A stretch of 64,000 bases of DNA, from assembly GCA_017448545.1 (NCBI GenBank), contig JAFSLH010000007.1, positions 27,460 through 91,459 on the forward strand, written 5' to 3'. Source of the DNA: Clostridia bacterium. GTDB lineage: Bacteria > Bacillota > Clostridia > Christensenellales > CAG-138. The notes beneath the pieces were generated by a model that saw nothing but the letters and a program-made list of their open reading frames with translations, searched no databases and was not told the DNA's origin. Position numbers and translations under genes: made by a program. Shown here in pieces: positions 54,207-62,738 of the stretch. Numbering within the stretch: the first letter of the stretch is position 1; every line of letters starts with the position of its first letter.

Positions 54207-55400
54207 TCAGCAGCGCTGTGTGATGAAATCAATGAATTCAAACACTTCGCCTTCGCTGTACGCGTGCGCGGTATACATATCCGCGCCCATCGTCGCCCAC
54301 ATCAGCTCCGGCATCCGCTCGCTCATCGCGATCCGATCGCCGTACTTCCAGAGGATTTCCTCGCGGCTGTGGACGTACGGGTGCCAGTCCTTCCGCCCGA
54401 CGTAGACGCAGAAATGGTCCTCGTGCCGATCCGGCAGAATCCGCCGGTCGGTCGTGATCATATCCGCCCAGATCTGATATACGTCGGTCGAATGGCCGAA
54501 GTTCATCATATCCGGCGTATAGCCGCCCGCGGGCCGCATATTGACTTCGAGACCGACGAAATCGCCGACCTCGCCGAGCCCCTCGCGCGCGACTGCGAGC
54601 CGGAAGAACTCAAGATGCACGAACCGGCTTTTGACGTTGAACCCTTTCAGCGCCGCGCGGCCGCGCTCACGGAGCTGCTCCGGCATCTTATCCAGCACGT
54701 AATAGGAGAGATCCAGCTCCTGGTTCACGATGTCCGCGATCGACGGCGGGAACTTCGCCGTGGACTCGAACAGCGGTTCGCTCTGGGAATTGACGACCGC
54801 GTCGTAAGAATAGATATCGCCGACGATGAACTCCTCGATCAGATACTGCACGTTCGGCTTTTCCCAAAAGAACTTCTGCAGCTGTTCGTCGTTTTCGATC
54901 TTATACGTGTTCGCGGCGCCGACGCCGATATCCGGCTTTGCAATGATCGGATACCCGCCGTTGTTCTTTACGAAATCGCGCGCGGCTTCGATCGTGGTCA
55001 CAAGATGGCAGCGCGCGGTCGGAATCTTCGCGCGGGCATAGCCCTCTTTCATGCGGGACTTGCTCTTCCACGCTTCGATCTCTTCGGCATTCACGCCGGT
55101 CGTGATATGAAACTCCGTCCGAAGGCGCGCGTCCTGCTCGAGCCAGTACTCGTTGTTCGATTCGAGCCAGTCCGGCTTGCCGTAGCGGAACGCGAAATAC
55201 GCGACGGCGCGATACACAGAATCGTAGTTTTCAAGCGAATCGACGCGGTAATACTCGGTCAGCGCATTCTTCAGCGGCTGTTCGAGCGAGTCGTACGGGC
55301 AGTCGCCGACGCCGAGCACGTTGACGCCGTTACGGCGCAGACGGTCGCAAAAATGCCAGTAGGTATGCGGAAAATGCGGCGAGATAAAAATAAAATTCAT
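54207..55400 (-). CDS. ATP-grasp domain protein of unknown specificity
   Basis: ORF 54207..55439, trimmed to ATG 55400 (MNFIFISPHFPHTYWHFCDRLRRNGVNVLGVGD) with a GGAG RBS. Central GGYPIIAKPDIGVGA and the C-terminal half fit an ATP-grasp fold. Confidence 0.7.
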   Translation of the reverse strand: MNFIFISPHFPHTYWHFCDRLRRNGVNVLGVGDCPYDSLEQPLKNALTEYYRVDSLENYDSVYRAVAYFAFRYGKPDWLESNNEYWLEQDARLRTEFHITTGVNAEEIEAWKSKSRMKEGYARAKIPTARCHLVTTIEAARDFVKNNGGYPIIAKPDIGVGAANTYKIENDEQLQKFFWEKPNVQYLIEEFIVGDIYSYDAVVNSQSEPLFESTAKFPPSIADIVNQELDLSYYVLDKMPEQLRERGRAALKGFNVKSRFVHLEFFRLAVAREGLGEVGDFVGLEVNMRPAGGYTPDMMNFGHSTDVYQIWADMITTDRRILPDRHEDHFCVYVGRKDWHPYVHSREEILWKYGDRIAMSERMPELMWATMGADMYTAHAYSEGEVFEFIDFITQRC

Positions 55401-55674
55401 AGGAAACTCCTGTCTCGTTTGTTTCGGACAGTATAGCACAAGACGTCGGTTCGTTGCAAGCGCAAGGCGGCGGAATCACACAAATTTGACCCGACGAAGG
55501 TCGAAAAAACAACTTTCCGACGGAAAAAGGGGTATCCCATATATGCACCGCCGCCCGAAGAACCGATCGGAAAAACCGTTCCGACAGGCTGCGGAGACGC
55601 AAAATCCCCCTTTTCATTTGGGTAAAATTCTGTTAAGATACTGTTGAAAGAATATCCCCCGAACGGAGTATCTC

Positions 55675-57000
55675 ATGGAAGAACGCAAACAGTTTTGGGA
55701 AACCGCTTGCGGTTATATTGCCGCGCAGATTCCCGAGATCAGTTTTCATAAATGGATCGAACCCCTTTCCCCGGTCACCGTGGAACACGGCATCTTGGTG
55801 CTGGAAGCGCCGGACGACGTGATCAAATCGACGGTGCAGAAATTCTATCTGGAAAACGTACGGCGCGGCGTACAGAAAGCCGATCCGACCATCCTCGACC
55901 TGATGCTGATTCTGTCTTCGCAGCGCGAGGATTTTCTGCGCGTGACCGAAGAACCGAAGGAGCCGCAGCCGAATCTGAGTCTGAACCCGAAGTATACGTT
56001 CGATACGTTTGTCGTCGGCAAATCCAATAATTTCGCGCACGCGGCGGCGCTCGCCGTGGCGGACGAGCCGGGCCGTTCCTATAACCCGCTGTTCATATAC
56101 GGCGGCGTCGGTCTCGGCAAAACGCACCTGATGCACGCGATCGGGCACGCAATGCTCGACAGGAACAAAAACGCGCGCATCGTGTACGTCACGAGCGAAA
56201 TGTTTACGAACGACCTGATTGAAGCGCTGCGCGCCGGCAAAAACATCGAGTTCCGGCAAAAATACCGCAACATCGATCTTTTGATGATCGACGACGTGCA
56301 GTTCATCGCCGGAAAACAGTCCGTGCAGGAGGAGTTTTTCAATACGTTCAACGCGCTGCACAACCTCGGCAAACAGATCGTCATTTCGTCCGACCGGCCG
56401 CCGAAGGAAATCAAATCGCTCGAAGAACGGCTTTCCTCCCGGTTTGAATGCGGCCTCGTCGCGGATATTCAGCCGCCGGATCGGGAAACGCGGATTGCGA
56501 TTTTGAAAAACCGCGCGCTCTTAGAGCACGTCGACGTCAAGGACGACGTGATTCTGTACATTGCCGAGCACGTTCAGAACAACGTCCGGCAGCTCGAAGG
56601 CAGTCTGACGCGCGTGATCGCGTATTCGCGCCTGAAGGGAATCCCGATCACGATGTCGCTTGCTTTGGAAGCGCTGAAGGATCTGCTGCCCGATGAGAAC
56701 GCGCCGGCCGTAACGCCGGACCGCATCAAGGAAACGGTCGCTTCCTATTACGCGGTGTCGGTTGAAAATCTGACGTCGCAGCGGCGGGACAAGGAAATCG
56801 TGCTGCCGCGGCAGGTCGCGATGTATCTTTGCCACAAACTGCTGAATCTTCCGTACAAGAAGATCGCGCAGCTGTTCGACCGCGGCGACCATACGACGGC
56901 GATTTCGGCCTGTAAAAAAATCGCTTCGACGGCGGAAACGGATTACGCGTTCCGCGAAGAACTGAAGAATATCGAAAAGCGGCTTGAAAACCGGTCGTAA
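55675..57000 (+). CDS. dnaA: Chromosomal replication initiator protein DnaA
   Basis: 441 aa. AAA+ Walker A GGVGLGKTHLMHAIG. Domain IV DHTTAISACKKI. Confidence 0.97.
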   Translation: MEERKQFWETACGYIAAQIPEISFHKWIEPLSPVTVEHGILVLEAPDDVIKSTVQKFYLENVRRGVQKADPTILDLMLILSSQREDFLRVTEEPKEPQPNLSLNPKYTFDTFVVGKSNNFAHAAALAVADEPGRSYNPLFIYGGVGLGKTHLMHAIGHAMLDRNKNARIVYVTSEMFTNDLIEALRAGKNIEFRQKYRNIDLLMIDDVQFIAGKQSVQEEFFNTFNALHNLGKQIVISSDRPPKEIKSLEERLSSRFECGLVADIQPPDRETRIAILKNRALLEHVDVKDDVILYIAEHVQNNVRQLEGSLTRVIAYSRLKGIPITMSLALEALKDLLPDENAPAVTPDRIKETVASYYAVSVENLTSQRRDKEIVLPRQVAMYLCHKLLNLPYKKIAQLFDRGDHTTAISACKKIASTAETDYAFREELKNIEKRLENRS

Positions 57001-57259
57001 ACCGAAATCGGAACGCGAATTCTTCCACAATTTGTGGATTTGAAAAGTGGAAAAAATGCGGATACCGTGGACAAGACGGAAACCGTGGACAAGGGAAGCC
57101 GTTATCCACACGGAAAAAGCCGGGTTTTCCACGCGAAAAAGGTTGACGCCGTCTCGGAAAACGGGACTTATCAACACTTTTCACACGCCCTACTGTTACT
57201 ACTACTTGAAACAATAACATATAACACCGTTTTTGCGGTGGATACGGAAAGGAATGTGT
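57001..57259. other. oriC (dnaA-dnaN intergenic origin): DnaA-box cluster, GC cluster, DnaA-trio-like array and AT-rich DUE
   Basis: Perfect TTATCCACA at 57102-57110. 8/9 box TTATCAACA at 57168-57176. 7/9 boxes at 57021-57029, 57033-57041(rc), 57046-57054(rc), 57066-57074(rc), 57084-57092(rc), 57125-57133 and 57237-57245(rc). CTA CTG TTA CTA CTA CTT at 57190-57207. AT-rich tract 57205-57226. Confidence 0.8.
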
Positions 57260-58354
57260 ATGAAATTTTATCTCGATGCAGGCGATCTGATCAACGGCGT
57301 ACTCTCCGTCATCAAGGCGCTGCCGATCCGTTCGGCAATGCCGGTTCTGGACGGTATCTTAATCGAAGCGAAAGAAAACAAGCTCCATCTCGTATGCTCC
57401 GATCTGATGTTCCAGAAGGAATGTTTGATTCCCGCGACGGTGGAGGAGGAAGGTTCCTGCGTCGTCAAAGGCAAGTTCTTTGCCGAAGTACTGCGTAAGC
57501 TGCCGATGGGCCCGGTTCGCTTTGAAACCGAGGGCCAGGTGCTCGGCTTAAAGAGCGGCCGCATCCGCCAGAGAATGCAGTGCATCGAATTCGACGAATT
57601 CCCGATCATGAAGGTCAAAGGCGAGCAGTACGGGCTGACGCTGCCGAAGGACGCGTTCAAATCCATGATCGATCATACCGTCTTTGCCGTTTCGCAGGAC
57701 GATTCCCGTCCGGTGCTGACCGGCACGCTGCTCGAAGCTTCGGAAGACGCGCTTTCGCTCGTCGCGACCGACTCGTTCCAGTTCGCGCTGACCTGCTACC
57801 GGTTCGATCATCCGATCGCGCCGCGCAGCACGATCGTGCAGGGCAAAGTGCTTGCCGAAATCGGCAAGATGGCCGAGGAAGCCGAAGAAACCGTGACGAT
57901 GCAGCTGACCAATACGCACATCACAGTCGAGATCGGTTCGTCGCGTCTGACCGCCCGGCTTCTGGACGGCAATTATATCGACTATAAGCGGATTATTCCG
58001 AAGGAATGCAAGACGCGCGTTCTGGTCAACGTCGCCGTGCTGTCCGAGATGATCGACCGCGCGCAGCTCGTTTCGCGCGAGGGCAACAACAGCATCCGTT
58101 TCACGTTCTCGAACGAGACGATGCAGGTCATCGCCGAAAGCTATCTCGGAAAAGTCGAGGACGAAGCAGAAGTGCAGATCGTCGGCGATCCGCTGGAGAT
58201 TGCGTTCAATCCGAAGTACTTCATCAACGTGCTGCGCAGTATTTCGGACGAAACCGTGTACCTCGAATTCAACAGCGCGATCAGCCCGTGCGTCATCCGC
58301 CCCGTGCAGGGAGACGCGTACCTGTACCTGATCGTCCCGATGCGGATTTATTGA
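57260..58354 (+). CDS. dnaN: DNA polymerase III subunit beta (sliding clamp)
   Basis: ORF 57233..58354, with ATG at 57260 (MKFYLDAGDLINGVLSV). Three-domain clamp pattern. Follows dnaA. Confidence 0.93.
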   Translation: MKFYLDAGDLINGVLSVIKALPIRSAMPVLDGILIEAKENKLHLVCSDLMFQKECLIPATVEEEGSCVVKGKFFAEVLRKLPMGPVRFETEGQVLGLKSGRIRQRMQCIEFDEFPIMKVKGEQYGLTLPKDAFKSMIDHTVFAVSQDDSRPVLTGTLLEASEDALSLVATDSFQFALTCYRFDHPIAPRSTIVQGKVLAEIGKMAEEAEETVTMQLTNTHITVEIGSSRLTARLLDGNYIDYKRIIPKECKTRVLVNVAVLSEMIDRAQLVSREGNNSIRFTFSNETMQVIAESYLGKVEDEAEVQIVGDPLEIAFNPKYFINVLRSISDETVYLEFNSAISPCVIRPVQGDAYLYLIVPMRIY

Positions 58355-58373
58355 GAAACATTAGATACGGAAA

Positions 58374-58398
58374 ATGCGCCTTGACTGGCGCTTTTTTT
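58374..58398 (+). terminator. Intrinsic terminator after dnaN
   Basis: GCGCC-TTGACT-GGCGC followed by TTTTTTT. Confidence 0.65.
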
Positions 58399-58478
58399 CC
58401 GCCTTTTGATTATTGTCTTTGATATAACCGCTATCCGTTTTTCGCCCGTAAATGGTGGGTAAAAATCAAAATCGCGCA

Positions 58479-58507
58479 TTGTGACGGCGGCGGTTTTATG
58501 GTATAAT
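58479..58507 (+). promoter_or_regulatory. Sigma-A-type promoter of guaB (extended -10)
   Basis: TTGTGA (58479-58484), 17 bp, TATAAT (58502-58507), preceded by TGG. Confidence 0.55.
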
Positions 58508-58528
58508 AATCAAAATACAAAGGAAAGG

Positions 58529-60046
58529 ATGTGCATTCTCTTGACCAGGATCATCACGGAGCCGTCTCATACATTCAGTGAGTATCTTTTGATTCCCGGG
58601 TATTCGTCTGCCGCATGCATTCCGGCAAACGTCGATCTGAAAACGCCTCTTTGCAAATTCCGCCGCGGCGAAAAAACGCCCATCGAAATGAATATTCCGC
58701 TCGTTTCTGCCATCATGCAGGCAGTTTCGGACGATCGGCTTGCCGTCGCCCTGGCCCAGGAAGGCGGCGTTTCTTTTATCTTCGGTTCGCAGACGATTGA
58801 AAACCAGGCCGCCATGGTGCGCCGCGTCAAGTCGTACAAAGCCGGCTTCGTGCGCAGCGATTCCAACATCCGGCCCGACGCGACGCTGGCAGACGTCATT
58901 TATCTCAAGGAGCGCACCGGGCATTCGACCGTCGCCGTCACGGACGACGGAACGCCGAACGGAAAACTGCTCGGCATCGTGACGAGCCGCGATTACCGCG
59001 TCAGCCGCATGACGCCGGACACGAAAGTTTCGACGTTTATGACGCCGTTCGAAAAGCTCGTCTGCGCCAGAGAAGGCACGTCGCTGAAGGAAGCGAACGA
59101 CATTATCTGGGATCATAAGCTGAATGCGCTGCCGATCGTCGACGGCGACGGACGGCTTTGCAGCTTTGTGTTCCGCAAGGACTACGACCTGCACAAGCAG
59201 AACCCGAACGAGCTTCTGGACGAAAACAAGCGGTTCATCGTCGGCGCGGGCATCAATACCCGCGACTATAAGGATCGCGTTCCGGCGCTGATCGAAGCCG
59301 GCGTGGACGCGCTCTGCATCGATTCGAGCGAAGGTTTTTCCGAATGGCAGAAAATCACGCTGCAGTGGATCCGCGATACCTACGGCGAATCGGTCAAGGT
59401 CGGCGCGGGCAACGTCGTCGACGCAGACGGATTCCGGTTCCTCGCCGACTGCGGCGCGGACTTTGTCAAGGTCGGCATCGGCGGCGGCTCGATCTGCATC
59501 ACGCGTGAAACAAAGGGCATCGGAAGAGGACAGGCTTCCGCGCTGCTCGACGTGTGCGCCGCGCGCGACGCGTACTTTGAGGAAACCGGCGTTTACGTTC
59601 CGGTCTGCTCGGACGGCGGCATCGTGTACGATCACCACATCACGCTTGCGCTTGCGATGGGCGCGGACTTCGTCATGCTCGGCCGGTATTTCGCCCGGTT
59701 CGACGAAAGCCCGTCGGCGCGCGTTTCGATCGGCGGCACGTATTACAAAGAGTATTGGGGCGAAGGCTCAAACCGCGCGCGCAACTGGCAGCGGTACGAT
59801 ATGGGCGGCGACAAGAAGCTCAGCTTTGAAGAAGGCGTCGATTCCTACGTGCCGTACGCCGGCAGTCTGAAGGACAACGTCGGCATGACGCTCGCGAAGG
59901 TGCGCTCGACCATGTGCAACTGCGCGGCGCTGTCGATCCCCGAACTGCACGAAAAAGCGGTGCTCACGCTGGTCAGTGCAACGAGCATCGTCGAAGGCGG
60001 CGCGCATGACGTGATTCAGCGCGAAAAGAGCAACCCGATCAAATAA
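58529..60046 (+). CDS. guaB: IMP dehydrogenase (with CBS pair)
   Basis: ORF 58481..60046. Catalytic loop [15 protein letters not shown] region. Start uncertain (ATG 58529, GTG 58530 or TTG 58541). Confidence 0.88.
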   Translation: MCILLTRIITEPSHTFSEYLLIPGYSSAACIPANVDLKTPLCKFRRGEKTPIEMNIPLVSAIMQAVSDDRLAVALAQEGGVSFIFGSQTIENQAAMVRRVKSYKAGFVRSDSNIRPDATLADVIYLKERTGHSTVAVTDDGTPNGKLLGIVTSRDYRVSRMTPDTKVSTFMTPFEKLVCAREGTSLKEANDIIWDHKLNALPIVDGDGRLCSFVFRKDYDLHKQNPNELLDENKRFIVGAGINTRDYKDRVPALIEAGVDALCIDSSEGFSEWQKITLQWIRDTYGESVKVGAGNVVDADGFRFLADCGADFVKVGIGGGSICITRETKGIGRGQASALLDVCAARDAYFEETGVYVPVCSDGGIVYDHHITLALAMGADFVMLGRYFARFDESPSARVSIGGTYYKEYWGEGSNRARNWQRYDMGGDKKLSFEEGVDSYVPYAGSLKDNVGMTLAKVRSTMCNCAALSIPELHEKAVLTLVSATSIVEGGAHDVIQREKSNPIK

Positions 60047-60074
60047 AAATTGCATTCATAATAGGAGGTTTTCC

Positions 60075-61064
60075 ATGGAACAAGGCAACAAGAGACCCGA
60101 AACGATGGAGCGTATCACGAACGAAACGCTGGCGAAAGCGTTTATTGACGAGCAGGTACAGGCCCTGCGCGAGCAGATCGGCGATCAGAAGGTGCTTTTG
60201 GCGCTGTCGGGCGGCGTCGATTCTTCGGTTTGCGCCGCGCTGATTTCCAAGGCGGTCGGCAAGCAGCTGACCTGCGTGCACGTCAATCACGGTCTTCTGC
60301 GCAAGGGCGAGCCGGAGCAGGTTTGCGAAGTGTTCGGCAAGCAGTTTGACGTCAATCTGATTTATGTGGACGCGATCGACCGGTTCCTGGACGCGCTGGC
60401 AGGCGTTTCCGAACCCGAGCAGAAGCGCAAGATCATCGGCAAAATCTTCATCGACGTGTTTGCGGAGGAAGCGCGCAAGCTCGAAGGCGTCAAGTTCCTC
60501 GGACAGGGTACGATCTATCCCGACATTCTGGAATCCCACGGCGTCAAAGCGCATCATAACGTCGGCGGTCTGCCGGAAGATATGCAGAACTTTGAACTGG
60601 TCGAGCCGGTCAAGCTGCTCTACAAAGACGAAGTGCGCGTCGTCGGCAAAGCGCTCGGTCTGCCGGACAACATGGTCTATCGGCAGCCGTTCCCGGGCCC
60701 GGGCCTCGGCGTTCGCTGCGTCGGCGCAATCACGCGCGACCGGCTCGAAGCGCTGCGTGAAGCGGACGCGATCGTTCGCGAAGAGATCGGCAAGCTCCCC
60801 GAAACCCCGTGGCAGTATTTCTGCGCGATCCCGGATATCGTTTCGACCGGCATCCGCTACGTCGACGGCAAGGGCGTCCGCTATATGGGCTGGGCCGTCG
60901 TCATCCGTGCGGTCAACACGGTCGACGCCGTGACCGCAACCGTGCCGGAAATCCCGTTCTCCGTGCTGTGCAAGATGCGCGACCAGATCGTCAAGATCCC
61001 CGGCGTCAACCGCGTCCTCTGGGACATCAGCGAAAAACCCGTTGCCACGATCGAGTGGGAATGA
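60075..61064 (+). CDS. guaA: GMP synthase, ATP-pyrophosphatase plus dimerisation domains only (no glutamine amidotransferase domain)
   Basis: 329 aa. PP-loop ALSGGVDSSV. C-terminal ..PVATIEWE is the canonical GuaA end. The N-terminus begins directly at the ATP-PPase domain. Confidence 0.88.
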   Translation: MEQGNKRPETMERITNETLAKAFIDEQVQALREQIGDQKVLLALSGGVDSSVCAALISKAVGKQLTCVHVNHGLLRKGEPEQVCEVFGKQFDVNLIYVDAIDRFLDALAGVSEPEQKRKIIGKIFIDVFAEEARKLEGVKFLGQGTIYPDILESHGVKAHHNVGGLPEDMQNFELVEPVKLLYKDEVRVVGKALGLPDNMVYRQPFPGPGLGVRCVGAITRDRLEALREADAIVREEIGKLPETPWQYFCAIPDIVSTGIRYVDGKGVRYMGWAVVIRAVNTVDAVTATVPEIPFSVLCKMRDQIVKIPGVNRVLWDISEKPVATIEWE

Positions 61065-61102
61065 AAAGCCGCAGGCTTTTCAACTATGATTGCCTTCGGC
61101 AA

Positions 61103-61129
61103 GTTTAGAGTTTACAGGTTACAGTTTGC
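61103..61129. repeat. Heptad module G after guaA (R9), preceded by H-like hairpin AAAAGCC-GCA-GGCTTTT (61065-61081)
   Basis: GTTTAGAGTTTACAGGTTACAGTTTGC. Confidence 0.8.
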
Positions 61130-61176
61130 AAAGAAGGCAATCTTGTTGCGGCTTTTCGGAATAGAGGAAGAACGGG

Positions 61177-61992
61177 ATGGAAATTGTCGAAACAAAACGG
61201 CGCATGCCGCAATGGGCGGCAAACCTTCTGATCTGGTGCTGTCCTGCGTTGACGATGGGATTGTTTGCCGTCTGCATTTCCGGGTTTTTGGCGAAGCGAA
61301 ACGTGATTCTCACGATTGTGTGTTTTCTGTTGTTCGGACTGATCGTAACGCGGTTGATTTTCCTGTTTCGATCGCATCGCACCGTAGGCGGAAAGATATG
61401 GCGGTGCGTCGTCTGGGTGATTTTGGTGTTGGTTCTTTGCTTTGTTTATTGTTACGGCGTGTTATTGCTGGCTATCGGAAAGCATCATAACACCACCGAA
61501 GAAAACGCTCAAAGCAAGTTTGAAGAGGCAGTCGAAAGGATTCTCCCGAAAGCGCTTTCCGAGCCTCTGGACCTGGGTTCGCCGAACTCCGTCGTGCTAC
61601 ACGAGTATCGGGAGTACCTCATTATCTTTGAAACAAAAGCGGATACATTGCTCTGTCAGTATGACGCGGCGGCGTATGAAGCGGCAAAAACCGCGCTGGA
61701 GAGCCGATACCACTTTCGGACGAAACCGCTGGAAACGGGATACACCGAAAATCCGGAAAAACAGTATATCGACCCCTATACGGATATCGGAAACGACCAT
61801 TTTCGGTTTCTTAGGCCCAATGACGAAGATCAGCAAAGCTGGGGATTCTACAAACGATCTCTGATTGTCGTCACGAATGATGAAACGCATGAGATCGGAT
61901 ACATTCTGTTTGATGATATTGATTTGGATGTAGCGGAGGATTTATCTGCATTTCTGATGAAGGATTGCGGTTGGGAGTACATCCGGAACTGA
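61177..61992 (+). CDS. Hypothetical membrane protein (3-4 N-terminal TM helices plus soluble C-terminal domain), in a lower-GC islet
   Basis: 271-aa ORF with no family recognised. Its codon and GC style is visibly different from the flanks. Confidence 0.5.
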   Translation: MEIVETKRRMPQWAANLLIWCCPALTMGLFAVCISGFLAKRNVILTIVCFLLFGLIVTRLIFLFRSHRTVGGKIWRCVVWVILVLVLCFVYCYGVLLLAIGKHHNTTEENAQSKFEEAVERILPKALSEPLDLGSPNSVVLHEYREYLIIFETKADTLLCQYDAAAYEAAKTALESRYHFRTKPLETGYTENPEKQYIDPYTDIGNDHFRFLRPNDEDQQSWGFYKRSLIVVTNDETHEIGYILFDDIDLDVAEDLSAFLMKDCGWEYIRN

Positions 61993-62022
61993 ACGAGAGC
62001 CGCTGAAAAAGCGTGTATTGCT

Positions 62023-62277
62023 ATGGCAAAAGTCAAACTGACCATTACGGAAAGCCGCTGCAGATGCGGATATGTTCAGCAGGGACAGGTGTTCGTTGTG
62101 GAAGATCTGTGTCCGCCGCTGTGCCATGAGTTATGGAACGCGGTGTATCCGTACGTCTTTGCGCTGCAGAACGGCGCGGAACTGGATTGCGGCACGCAAA
62201 GGGCGAAGGCCTTTACCGCAAAGTGCCCGGACGAAGGAAGGGTTTCCGTCCGCGGTGAAGTGATAGCGGACGCATAA
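62023..62277 (+). CDS. Small Cys-rich protein, TIGR04076-like
   Basis: 84 aa. MAKVKLTITESRCRCGYVQQGQVFVVEDLCPPLCHELWNAVYPYVFALQNG resembles the TIGR04076 family pattern (from memory). Confidence 0.6.
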   Translation: MAKVKLTITESRCRCGYVQQGQVFVVEDLCPPLCHELWNAVYPYVFALQNGAELDCGTQRAKAFTAKCPDEGRVSVRGEVIADA

Positions 62278-62323
62278 CGCTAAAAAGCAGCAGGCAGGTT
62301 CTTATCTGTCTGCTGTTTCTTTA

Positions 62324-62725
62324 TCAAACGCGCAAAAACCCGCAGCAGCCGAGGGAATCGTAATCGGCAAAGCCGAGGGAACGGTAGAAGGCGAGGGTTT
62401 GCGGCGTGCGGTCGGTTGTGAGCGCGATCTGGCGGACGGCGGCATAGCGGCGCAGCGCTTCCTTTAGCAGCGCGGTTCCGACGCCCTTGCGCTGCTCGGT
62501 CGGAAAGACAAGGACGTCCTGAATGTAGACAATCGTTTTGCCGTCGCCGACCGCGCGCAGGACGCCCAGGAGCCGGTCGCCGTCGTACGCCGCGAGCGTC
62601 AGAAGGGAATTGGCAAAGCCCTCCCGCAGCGCAGGGAGGTCGCTTGTATAGGCGGTCCAGCCCACGGCATCGTACAGGCGGACGATCTCCGCTTCGTTGT
62701 ATTCCGTATAGTCCCGAATCTCCAT
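62324..62725 (-). CDS. GNAT-family N-acetyltransferase
   Basis: 133 aa. Acetyl-CoA motif QRKGVGTALL. Confidence 0.8.
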   Translation of the reverse strand: MEIRDYTEYNEAEIVRLYDAVGWTAYTSDLPALREGFANSLLTLAAYDGDRLLGVLRAVGDGKTIVYIQDVLVFPTEQRKGVGTALLKEALRRYAAVRQIALTTDRTPQTLAFYRSLGFADYDSLGCCGFLRV

Positions 62726-62738
62726 GGTCTGCCTCCGG

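Noticed and set aside
55441-55674. Second DnaA-box cluster or an rpmH gene upstream of dnaA
   Set aside because: The best matches are only 6/9 to TTATCCACA. The 95-aa minus ORF 55330-55617 has no similarity to L34 and crosses the ATP-grasp gene start.
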